Source: Octopus sinensis (Eukaryota). Taken from it: a stretch of 64,000 nucleotides of DNA. The stretch spans positions 65,534,001 through 65,598,000 of the forward strand of contig NC_043003.1 of assembly GCF_006345805.1 (NCBI RefSeq), written 5' to 3'. Below are positions 53,178 to 64,000 of this stretch, one piece after another. Within the stretch, counting starts at the first letter, position 1. Each line of letters opens with the position of its first letter. The translations under genes were made by a program, and so were the position numbers. Below the pieces are notes generated by a model. The model searched no databases, had not been told where the DNA came from, and saw only the letters and a list, made by a program, of their open reading frames with translations.

Positions 53178-53397
53178 TGTTTCTTTATTACCCACAAGGG
53201 GCTAAACATAGAAGGGACAAACGGATTTAGTCGATTACATCGACCCCAGTGCCTAACTGGTATTTAATTTATCGACCCCGAAAGGATGAAAGGCAAAGTC
53301 GACATCGCCGGAATTTGAACACAGAACGTAACAGCAGACGAAATACGGCTACGCATTTCGCCCAGCGTACTAACGGTTCTGCCAGCTCGCCGCCTTA
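53178..53397 (-). mobile_element. tRNA SINE (ttcatcctttcggggtcgat core), near full length
   Basis: Head aaggcggcgagctggcagaa through the aataaagaaa tail. Confidence 0.85.
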
Positions 53398-53957
53398 TAT
53401 ACATGTAGCATCGGGCCAACCAAAGCCTCCGGAGTGGATCTGGTACACAGAAACTGAATGAAGCCCGGCATATTCATGTCTGTGTGTGTGTGTGTGTGCA
53501 CGCGCACCCTTGTCTTTGTGTCTGTATTTGTCCCACACCACCGCTTGACAACTGGTGTTGCTGTGTTTACATCTCGTGGCACTGCTGTTCGACAAAAGAC
53601 CCCGATAGAATGAGTAATAAGTTTAAAAGATAACTACTTGCGTCGATTCGTTCGGCTAAGATACATCAGGGCGGCGCCCCAGCATCACTGCAGTCTAATG
53701 ACTGAAATAAGAAAATGAAAAATGATAAATGATATATATATATATATATAATATATATTATATATATATATATACACATACAGAAGGTCCCTAATTCTGT
53801 TGTTAATACTCGGCTGCGCAGCATGTATGATTTTGTTCAGTTACATATGTAAAAGTTACAGTTATAGATATGTATAACATTTATCAATCTGTCTGTATGT
53901 CCGTCTGTCTATATATCTATATATATACGTGTGTGTGTGTGTGTGTATGTATATATA

Positions 53958-54255
53958 TAAGGAAAATAAGACAAGGTAGAAGATGATAAAATATTTTTAT
54001 CAGAAAGAACATTTTAGTAACGGTTTCTGACTTTGCGACATTTTAAAGTCTGAAAACTAATTAAATTGTGGAAAAATTAAATGAAATGTTATATTTTTTA
54101 TACATATTTCCATAGTTTCCCCAACTCTCTCTCTCTTGCTTATGTGAAGGCTCGGTCGGTTGGTAGAAGCAGATCTGAAGAAATATTTAATATGAGGGAT
54201 GTTGGTTCTGGATTTTGATTGTTTAAGCAACAACCTCCAAGGAAGGAGGCGGCGA
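53958..54255 (-). mobile_element. PLE pseudo-LTR, inverted arm
   Basis: Diverged reverse complement of 55226-55557, e.g. atgagggatgttgg/ccaacatccctcat and tgtggaaaaattaaatgaaat/atttcatttaatttttccaca. Confidence 0.65.
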
Positions 54256-54430
54256 AGAAGAAGAAGAAGAAGAAGAAGAAGAAGAAGAAGAGAAGAAGAG
54301 AGAAGAAGAAGAAGAAGAAGAGAAGAAGAAGAAAAAGAAGAAGAAAAAGAAGAAGAAGAAGAAGAAGAAGAAGAAGAAGAAGAAGAAAAGGAAGGAGGAA
54401 GGAAAGAAAATGAGAGAAAGAAAAAAAAAG
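54254..54430. repeat. (GAA)n microsatellite
   Basis: Direct reading. Mirrored by (CTT)n at 55105-55227. Confidence 0.95.
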
Positions 54431-54636
54431 ACGGGAGTGGTATGACAGTAGTTGACTGTTCGTATAGTTTTCTTAAATGGTCAAGTAACCTAAAAGCATT
54501 AGATAAAGATATATATCATATATCATATATATTCACGACACAATTACGAACGAGTATTATGCATAAACATATACTCTTTCCAGCAATACTACGATGTTGA
54601 CAGCTTGCTTACAGTAAGTCACATACAGCAATACTA

Positions 54637-54960
54637 ATGACCATGTCAGAAAATAACTGGAAGGGGTATCTGGATGATTGCTTCATTCTTTGGCATGAAA
54701 GTATAGAGAGACTTAAAGCACTTGTACATAGACTTGACATAAACAATCAATTTACGATGGAATATAGCCATCAACACCTTCCATTCCTCGACATTCTCAC
54801 TAAGAAATCCAACAACAAAACAAAAACTGACATATACTATAAGCCCACGGACTCCAAGTAACATCTACCCTTCAACTGATGCCAGACACTCTAGAATGAA
54901 TGTCCCCTTCAACCTGGCAAAAAGGATTTGCGCTATAGTTTCTAATACAAGCAAATATTA
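54637..54960 (+). pseudogene. Penelope-like RT fragment
   Basis: WKGYLDDCFILW...QFTME...LPFLDIL...TDIYYKPTDSK, then NVPFNLAKRICAIVS after stops. Confidence 0.85.
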
Positions 54961-55225
54961 AAAACGATATATTCAGAACAGTCATTACCCATGAATTTAT
55001 TCAGAACAATTCCAATCACTACTGCTATAACGAGAACAAATCACTTTCAAGTCACTTGACCAGTCAAGAAATTTCTATAGACAGTCTACTACTGTTATAC
55101 CGCTCTCTTCTTCATCTTCTTCTTCTTCTTCTTCTTCTTCTTCTTCTTCTTCTTCTTCTTCTTCTTCTTCTTCTTCTTCTTCTTCTTCTTCTTCTTCTTC
55201 TTCTTCTTCTTCTTCTTCTTCTTCT

Positions 55226-55557
55226 TCGCCGTCTCCTTCCTCGGCTACTGCTGCTTAAGAAAACCGAAATCTAGAGCCAACATCCCTCATGTTATATATT
55301 TGTTCAGATCTGGTACAACCTGCGTATCGAGCCTTCACAAAAGTGAGAGAGAGACAGAAAAAAGGAAAATGTCCACATGTTTAAAATCTATTGAAATATT
55401 TTTAAAAAAACCCTATTTCATTTAATTTTTCCACAATGTAATTGTTCTTCATGCTCTACTCTAAGTTGAAAAAATTGCGAAGACTGAAACCGGTACTAAA
55501 ATATTCTTCGTAATAAAATTATTTTAGCATTTTCTTCCCTGTCCTGTTTTCCTTATA
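55226..55557 (+). mobile_element. PLE pseudo-LTR, 3' arm
   Basis: Lies downstream of the RT fragment and retains a GAAACCGGTA HHR remnant. Confidence 0.6.
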
Positions 55558-55866
55558 CATATGAACTCGTGTGTTACCTTTCAACTTTCTACACACATAC
55601 GCGCACACATACATACACACACACAGATAATTTGGTATTATTTTTATTCTAACATGAACATTAGTACTGCTGTATATGACTTATACTTAAGCCATAAACG
55701 CAGTGGTATGGATGGAAAGTACATTTTTATTTGTGATACTCGATCGTAATTTTCCTGTGAATATATATGATACGTGATATATGCATATGTATATGTGATT
55801 CTTACACACACACATACACATAGAAACACATATATATATAAACACACATATATATATATATAATAT

Positions 55867-55901
<35 letters not shown>

Positions 55902-55924
55902 TCATAAATATATACATGATATTT

Positions 55925-55958
<34 letters not shown>

Positions 55959-57087
55959 CGTGTTTGTGTGTCAGTATTAGATATATGCCACATACATAAA
56001 TATATATCTATATAATGATATTATATTACAATATATTATATGAATTACATTTGAAATAATAAATCGATAGATAGGCATACTTTTGCGGCAAAAGTGGAGC
56101 AGAAACTTTACACAACGTATGATTTTGTTCAGTTATATATCAAATCTAAATTGCTTGATATTTATTCTTTTAAAGTTATGACACCAACACATTAAATATC
56201 TGCAAAATACTGTATTTGATTCAAACGTCATTGTCCAAATAATTTGTGATGTTTTATGAATGCTAGTATTAACATATCTTTTCCTGTTTCTCAGCGTACA
56301 GGGTGATGATGATCTTCGGAAAAAGATATGACGTGCCATTTACTCTTCTGTCACAGACGAAACTACATGTAATTTCTTTATGTATAATAGCATTTCTTAC
56401 ATGATTTTCTTTTGCCAAAATTTCTGTGACTTCAAAGGTATTTGTTCTACAGGTGAGAAACTGCAAAGCATTTTAATCCTGATATAGACATTAGTATAGC
56501 TTTAAGCGACTTACTGTTAGCAAGCTGTAAACATACCGGTAATACTGGAAAGTATATTTTTACGTGTTAATACTCGTTCGTAAATTTGCTGTGAATATTT
56601 TTTTCATTAAAAAATCAATAGTAAATAGTTTACATGATTACTTACGTTTATATAGATAATGAAGTGTGGGCTGGGAGAATAAAGTGATATTTTTGATAAA
56701 AATCAAACGTTATTATTTATTTATATTTTGTGTTGTATTCCGTAAAATTACGTCCTCAGTTATAGGTGTTTAACGTACTCATTATTAGTTCTGGTAAATA
56801 TGACAGATGTACCTTTGAACACCTCGGGCAGACAAAAAATACAGAATATTTTAACTCGAAAGCACATATTTTTTTTCTACTGTTATGCTTAATTTGAGCC
56901 AATATTCGTCGGTGAATACTACACACACATACACACACAGAGGCACACACACACACGCACACACGTACGCACACACACACATACACATTCACACGTACAT
57001 ACGTATCCGGGACAGGTCAGACTTCCTACTAGAGCCAAAGGCTTATAAGAACGGTTTCCCGGAAGCTATGGCATATATTATTTTCTG

Positions 57088-57293
57088 CTCTCGGCACAAG
57101 GTCCGAAATTTTGGGGGAGGGACCCCGTCGATTATATCAACCACAGTACGCAAATGGTACTTAATTTATCGACCCCGGAAGGATGAATGGCAAAGTCGAC
57201 CTCGGCGGATTTGAACACAGAACGTAACGGCAGACGAAATACTGCTAAGCATTTCACCCTACGTGCTAATGTTCCTGCAAGCTCACCACCTTA
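57088..57293 (-). mobile_element. tRNA SINE (ttcatcc core)
   Basis: tggtacttaatttatcgaccccggaaggatgaa. Confidence 0.8.
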
Positions 57294-57436
57294 GATGCTA
57301 TGGCATATATTGGTGCACCTGAAGAACGCTGTATCATGAAAATCGAGTCGCAGGACAAACTCCAAGCTTCAGTATCAATTTTAAAAATTACATATAAATG
57401 TATGAGTCTGTGTGTCTGTGCACGCGTGTATGTGCT

Positions 57437-57487
<51 letters not shown>

Positions 57488-59949
57488 GTAAAAAGTGCTT
57501 TCTTTCGGTGTCTGTCAATAAAGTTACACTCACGTGATGTGATAGATTAATTGTTTCCAGGAATGTGCGCAATTGTATCGATGTTTAAAGTACGCATCCT
57601 TCCCTGCGTCCCCGAAATAACCTATTTGACTGTAGTGCATATATAAATTTATGCATCGTTTTTCTTTGTGATGTGTTTCAAAGTAGAAAGTCATATATTT
57701 CGTGATTAATATTTTATTGTCATACATGCACATTTAGGATCACTGCATATATGTATTTCATAGATGTATGGACATACAAAGTTATCATTAAAAAAAATTT
57801 TCCATGCATAGTAAATAAGAAAAATAAAATAACTTAAAAGGATGTTGTAATACACTTGAAGCCTTGCAATATATGCAAATTAGATTTGTTCGAAGAGAAA
57901 CAAAATGCAGTAGAGAAATGCAGCTGAGGATCTACGCAAAATATGTAATATGATGTCAGTGAATAAAAACAACTCGAAAATATATTGTATTTCCTTATAT
58001 AGGTTCTTTAATGATCCAATATTGTTTAGGGGAAAATCTCTTTTTGAAGTAGAACACTAGATAAGTCTGTCCATAACAAGACTTTTCTCCCAAGTTATTG
58101 GTAATTTTTTATTCTTGGAGAATTTTCCTCGAAATGTTGCAAGATCATTAAAGAATTTGCGTGATGTAAGAAAATCTCTTCTGTTTGTTTTCATTCATTG
58201 ACATGGCGTTACATCTATGGCTAAATTCCTCACTTGCATTGCTCAAAGAGTTTTTCAAGCATCTCATTTAAGCCTGGAATACTTCAGTTTTCATATTCGT
58301 TTTCAGTAATGAGTTTCCCATTCTAAAATCGAAGTATCTCCTTGACTACAGACATACAGTTTACTGCGATACACATTAATATTACTTAACAGAAAACGAA
58401 TAAAAACTATTTGTTTCCTTGCCTTGAGGTCTTGTCTTTCACAAATTAACACATTTGTCTAACTTAGCCAATTAGTAACTGTATTCCGGTCATATTAACA
58501 AGAAATATTTGAAGTAAAATCTTTCGCTCAAGGAATGTTTGAGCGTGTTAAGAAATCTGATGTTGGTAAACTATAATAAATCAATTTATCTCATATAATA
58601 TCATATAATGAAACTTTTCCCGTAGTTTTTGAATCTTTACAAAATGATTAATTTGGAAAAATATATAAAAATTTTTTTTTAAACATCTAAAATATATTAA
58701 ATTTAGTGGACATACTATTTATCTGAATAATGAGTGTTTTTTTCTTTCTTTTTAACGCTTCTGTTGAATATTATATAGAATAAACTTACTGCTGTAAATA
58801 GGTCTATTCATATTCATTTGCGAAAGTGATTAATTTCCATTTATATTTCATAAACTTCTAAGGCAATATATATAAAGTTAGCAAACATTTTCAATGCAGA
58901 ACATGAAAGATGAAAGCTATCAATAGGATCAAAATAGAAAGATGCGCAAAGAAAGAGCGATAGAAAATTTGTGAGAAATTGTGAATACGATAAAGAGAGG
59001 AGAGCTACAAAGAATTCTATAGGAAGAAAGAGAAACAGAGAGACAGAGAGAGAGAGAGAGATGGGCAGAGAGGGAGAGAGAGAGATGGGCAGAGAGGGAG
59101 AGAGAGAGAGAAGAGTGAGAAATAAAAGAGTATAAAAGAGACAGGCTGAAACATCTACTTCGCTACCGTTTTGTATTCCGAAATTCCATACTGACGTTTT
59201 TATTAAAATGTTGACAAAACATTCTTCCACATAAAACCAACTGTACTTACTATTAACTAACTGCTGTTAGAAGTGCAATTTTCAACAATTATCAAGAGAT
59301 TTCTAATTCAAGATTCAGATAATTTAATAGTTTCGGAGAAAAGTAAAGCAAAATTTGAAAATCAAAATTGCTGTATATAGGTTGTATGTAGAAAACATCA
59401 AAAGAAGAATGTGCATAATGAGATAGTAATGGATTATTCAACACCAGTTTTTTTTTTATTTCTACATTTTAAGCTATTTTTCGATTCTTTATTTTCCATT
59501 TACACTTCCTCAAGTTGTAGTTGGTTTTGTTGTTTTCGTAGCTGTCGTTGTTGTCAACGTAGTCGTAGTCGTAGTAGTAGTAGCTTAGTAGTAGTATTAG
59601 TATTAGTAGTAGTAGTAGTAGTAGTAGTAGTAGCCATAGTAATGGCCTAAGTAGTGATATATTTATTGCACGATATTCAAAGAGTTAGCACAATCACGAG
59701 TGTGATAGAAAGAAAGAAAGGTTATTTTTCTGGTTAATCGCTGCTATTTTGTTACCGGCGAGTGATTTTTAGAGGAGAAAAAAAAAGACATATCGATCTA
59801 GATCTCAAGCGCACACACGCACATCTACACACACACACAACACACATACACACAAAAACAAACACACACACACACACATACATTCATTTATTCATATGTA
59901 ATCGTATGTAGCCTGCCCTCGGTGTATATAGTATATCGTTTCTGCTAAA

Positions 59950-60170
59950 TACCTATTTCTTTATTACCCACAAGGGGCTAAACAAGGACAGACATAGGTA
60001 TTAAGTCGATTACATCGACCCCAGTGCGTAACTGGTACTTAATTTATCGACCCCGAAAGGATGAAAGGCAAAGTCGACCTCGGCGGAATTTGAACTCACA
60101 ACGTAACGCAGACGAAATACCGCTGAGCATTTCGCCCGACGTGCTAACGCTTCTGCCAGCTCGCCGCCTT
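59950..60170 (-). mobile_element. tRNA SINE (ttcatcctttcggggtcgat core), near full length
   Basis: Closely matches 53178-53397. Confidence 0.85.
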
Positions 60171-60835
60171 GCTAAATACCGTGTAAGTATTGTATGTATG
60201 TATGGATGGATGGATGGATGGATGGATGGATGGATGGATGGATGTATTATGTATGTATGTGCGTATGCATGTGTGTATGTATGTGTTTATGTATGTACGT
60301 ATTTATGTACATATGTGTCTATATATGTATATATGTATGCATGCATGTATATATACCTACAAATATATATGTACGTATGTTTCTATTTATCGTGTATGTA
60401 TATACGCATGTATGTATGTGCTATGTGTGTACGTATGTAAGTACGTACGTTTGTATTTATCATATAGCTATGTATGTGTGTATGTATGTATGTTTTTGAT
60501 TTGTATTATTTCTTTTATTTTAATTTTTTCTTTTTTAATAAATATATGAGGTGTGGATAGAACTCCTCTGTTCATCCAAGCCCTGGCGAAAGCAGTCTAT
60601 TGAGAAGAAAGTAACTCTGAATTTAAATATTTCACTGCTGTCTTGTAGTTAGCTTTTGGTTGGGCAAAGACTGGGAGAAGGGCATTCTGATATAAAACAT
60701 GCGACTGCAAATGCACCAACTGATGTCGACCTGCTCTTCTTTTTGGATCATGCTTTAGGAATGGCTGCTGTGCAAAACCTCTCCTCACTTTAAAAAGTGT
60801 GAAGCACAGGTATTGCTGGAGAGGAAAAAGAAATG

Positions 60836-61399
60836 GACATCTATCTTGTCCAGGATATTAATCGTCTGGAAGCCGTTCAGCGACGTGCAACCAAGAGAAT
60901 ACCCTCCATCAGGCATTTGCCATATTCTCAACGCCTTACTTCCCTGGGCATGGACACATTGAAACTCCGACGTCTGGCAGCTGACTTGGCAGACACGCAT
61001 GAAATTATTAACGATCTTACGAACAATAACTCTGAGCACCTTTTCAAACTCCACCTGTCTAACACCTGTGTACATGTTTACAAAGTCAGAAAACAGCACA
61101 GCTCCCATGACTTTCGGAAACCTTTTTTTCACACTAAGAGTTGCTGAAGCATAGATCAGACTGCCGGAATTAGTTGTTAGTTGTCGGAGCACTGCATCCT
61201 TCAAAACTACCATGCTTCCTGAGATTCACCAACACTACAACTGATTTCCCCCCCCCTCCATACACACGCAAGCATGTATCTGACTCATACACTGTTCGCT
61301 TTCCAGACATTTTTACATTACTGCATATACTTTATATGTACTTTTGACAAGTTGTGGTGCACCTGAGCACTGTATACAATAATTTCATTATCATTATTA
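60836..61399 (+). mobile_element. CR1-clade LINE 3' fragment (second family)
   Basis: DINRLEAVQRRATKRIP..Y..RL..L...TLKLRRL..DL, then FF/TLRV..A*.RLP..VV, and a 3' UTR ending in (att)n. Confidence 0.85.
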
Positions 61400-61984
61400 A
61401 TCTCGCATGTCCATGGCTGGCCGAAGCTTAAAAAGGCACATCTAAACAATAAAAATTCATATTCAAGTGTGATGTATGTAAGTGAATCTGTTTCATTAAC
61501 ATTTGACGTACTTGAAAGTGTTTCAAACTGAAGCACGTAAAAGTTTTTGAATTAAGATGACTGTATAAACCAGAATTTCATTCAGTTTTTCAAACAATCA
61601 AGAATCACTGAAAACTAGAATCCACTATCATTTCTTGCATTATCGGTAGTTTTGCTTGTATGAAGTTATTTCTTTCTAAAGGGTAATGCAGGTTAGTGTT
61701 TTCTAGATATGTACAAACCTCATATTGAAGGAGGAAAACTTGTTCTGATGTCACTGAATTATAAATTATGGACATCTGTGTATGGATTCAATACAGGTTT
61801 GAACTGAAGAGTATAGGTTGCTCGTTGATGAAGCTTTACTGCTGTAAGTTTTGAAGAATTTAAAAATAATATCATTCTCACGGCTCCGTGGCTTCCATAT
61901 TTTATATGTAACATACCTTTAGTTGCTTGGAAAGGTGTTAACCTGAAGGAATTCTGCGATAGTGACAGCTGCTAGAAGTCAGAT

Positions 61985-62490
61985 GTTTGATGGGAAATTT
62001 AATAGTATATCCTAATGTTGTGGATTAGAATGTCAGATGGAATCCTTTATTTATTTCTTGTCGGAAAATCTTACTTTCTGAGTTCATACAGAGATTAAGA
62101 AAATATTGTACCATTTGTTATCAGATTCGGTAGAGGATAAGTGCTTACAGATTAGATGTCTGAGTCTCCACGTTCAGATTTCATATTCCAAAGAGCTCCA
62201 AGATCCTATCTTCTGTCTTAGATTGATTTAAGGAAAAACTAGTCAACAAGTGTGGGATGGGAAACTTCATAGTATATCGTAATATTAAGGATAAGAATGT
62301 TAGATGGAATCCTTTATTTCTTGACGGAAAATCTTACTTCCTGAGTTCATACAGGGATCAAGAAAATGTACTATTTTAATCAGAATTGGGACAGGATAAG
62401 GACTTCACGTTCTGATTTAATATTCCAAAGAGATTGAAGTTTCTATCATCTGTCTTGCATTGATTAATAGAAAAACTAGTGAAGCAGTGT
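61985..62490. repeat. Diverged tandem duplication, units of about 267 and 238 bp
   Basis: gatgggaaa...tagtatatc...agatggaatcctttattt...ggaaaatcttact...gaaaaactagt occurs twice. Confidence 0.85.
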
Positions 62491-62604
62491 CAAAAAAATT
62501 ATCATAAGGCTAGTTACCTGATTAGCAAGTCGGATAACTAACCAAGATAACAACAGTCCCTCTGAATGAAACACCAATCTGTGGCTGGGTTCAAGTCCAG
62601 CTGG

Positions 62605-62780
62605 GACGGGACAGTTCGATTAAGCCGACCTCAGTAATAGAATGTGTTATTTTATAGATTCCGAACGGATGAAAGCAAGTTCACCGCGGTGGGGTTTGAC
62701 CTCAGACCCTAAAGTGACAGAAGAAATGCCGCTAAGCATTTTGCCCGAAATGCGAAGGATTTTACCAACTTGCCGCCCTG
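62605..62780 (-). mobile_element. Degenerate tRNA SINE (ttcatcc core)
   Basis: ccgaacggatgaaagcaagt...gaaatgccgctaagcattttgccc. Confidence 0.6.
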
Positions 62781-64000
62781 GAAAAATTATATAATTCCAT
62801 TTTAATCACCTCGAGAACTTGACATGTACGTTATGATATTGCTTCATTCACAGCAGAAATGCTTTATAAATTCCTTTACTGCATGTCATATTTGAACAAA
62901 ATGTAAATACAGGGTAACTAAATTCATTTAAACAGGAATTGAAGCTAATGTCTCTGCAGAGAGTCTAAATCAAAACATGATATGAATTCCTTAATCAGAA
63001 GTGACTTATCTTAATGTATATTTTTAAGCATAAGCCTGGTGCAAATAAAGCATACATACTGCCATCTTAAAAAAGTAGGAAGAAAACCTTACTAGAAAAA
63101 TATTGATGTTCATAAAAGACCGTTGCAAGGATCATTAAGAAAGGCACCGTTGTTTTTTCTAAGTCGGGGAATAGCTTTAGAAATCAGGAAAACAGAAAAA
63201 AAGAATAAAGGATGTTTACATGATTTGGGATTTATATATGTAATTGGCGAGGAAATCAAAATAATGATGAGTCGATAACTTGTTTGATGTTGGATTAAAG
63301 ATAATCATAAGCATTTGTATGTATTTATTCGTTATATAGATATATATCTATGTATGTATCTGTCTATATATACATACATTAAAACATACATACAGAGAGA
63401 AAGAGAAAGAGATACAGAGATGGGGGTGAAAGATGTACGCATGAAAATGCACGTGTATTTATGTCTCGTTTAAGAAAAATCACATAATTAATAATTAATA
63501 AGAACCATATCATAATATTACATAGATCATTAGAAAGCCGAGGCATATATCACAGTTAATTAATTAATTATGGCACTGATCAAAACGAAACAAAAACATA
63601 TATAACATCGATATCAAAGAAGAAAGAGTCAGGAAAAAACACTTCAAACTCTGTAGTATAATTAACCTGTAGCACGAAAACAAGAAACAATATTGCAGCA
63701 GTGATATAAAGATCACAAAAAACATAGACAATTTAATATATTAAGAAAAACAAAATTCATTTTCCTCATGAGAAATAACGGTTTGCAAAAATATGATGTA
63801 AACATGCTAAAAATTATTTTGCAACAGAAAGTTTTGTGATGGAAAATAATATTACTTATGAAATTCATTGTAAACATCCTCCAAAGAAAATAAGGTGAAG
63901 GATGGTTATATACATACATATGTGTGTGTATATATATATATAATATATATATATATATATAGTTAATCCAAACAAGAAAGCACAAAAAAAAACACAACAA

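Noticed and set aside
54199-54600. Arg/Glu-rich ORF
   Set aside because: It is the (GAA)n tract within a PLE relic.

Overview
AT-rich, microsatellite-dense eukaryotic DNA, either intergenic or deep intronic. The repeat repertoire suggests a cephalopod (Octopus-like) genome, which is an inference. I find no intact host protein-coding gene, rRNA, true tRNA or CRISPR array, and nearly all tracked ORFs are translations of microsatellites. Recognisable content is transposon-derived. It includes a head-to-tail non-autonomous Helitron pair, a decayed Tc1 transposase and a 5'-truncated CR1-group LINE (both inside a ~4-4.6 kb tandem duplication), and further CR1, RTE, R4/Dong-type and Penelope-like (PLE) fragments. 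Many tRNA-derived SINEs are also present. The most notable unannotated signal is a set of type I hammerhead ribozyme (HHR) motifs, folded by hand, in at least six different short repeat families. These include a 450-bp terminally redundant retrozyme-like unit and a tRNA-headed HHR element present as a head-to-head dimer. An A-depleted island resembles a fixed A-to-G hyper-edited tract. Boundaries of decayed repeats are approximate and no database searches were run.
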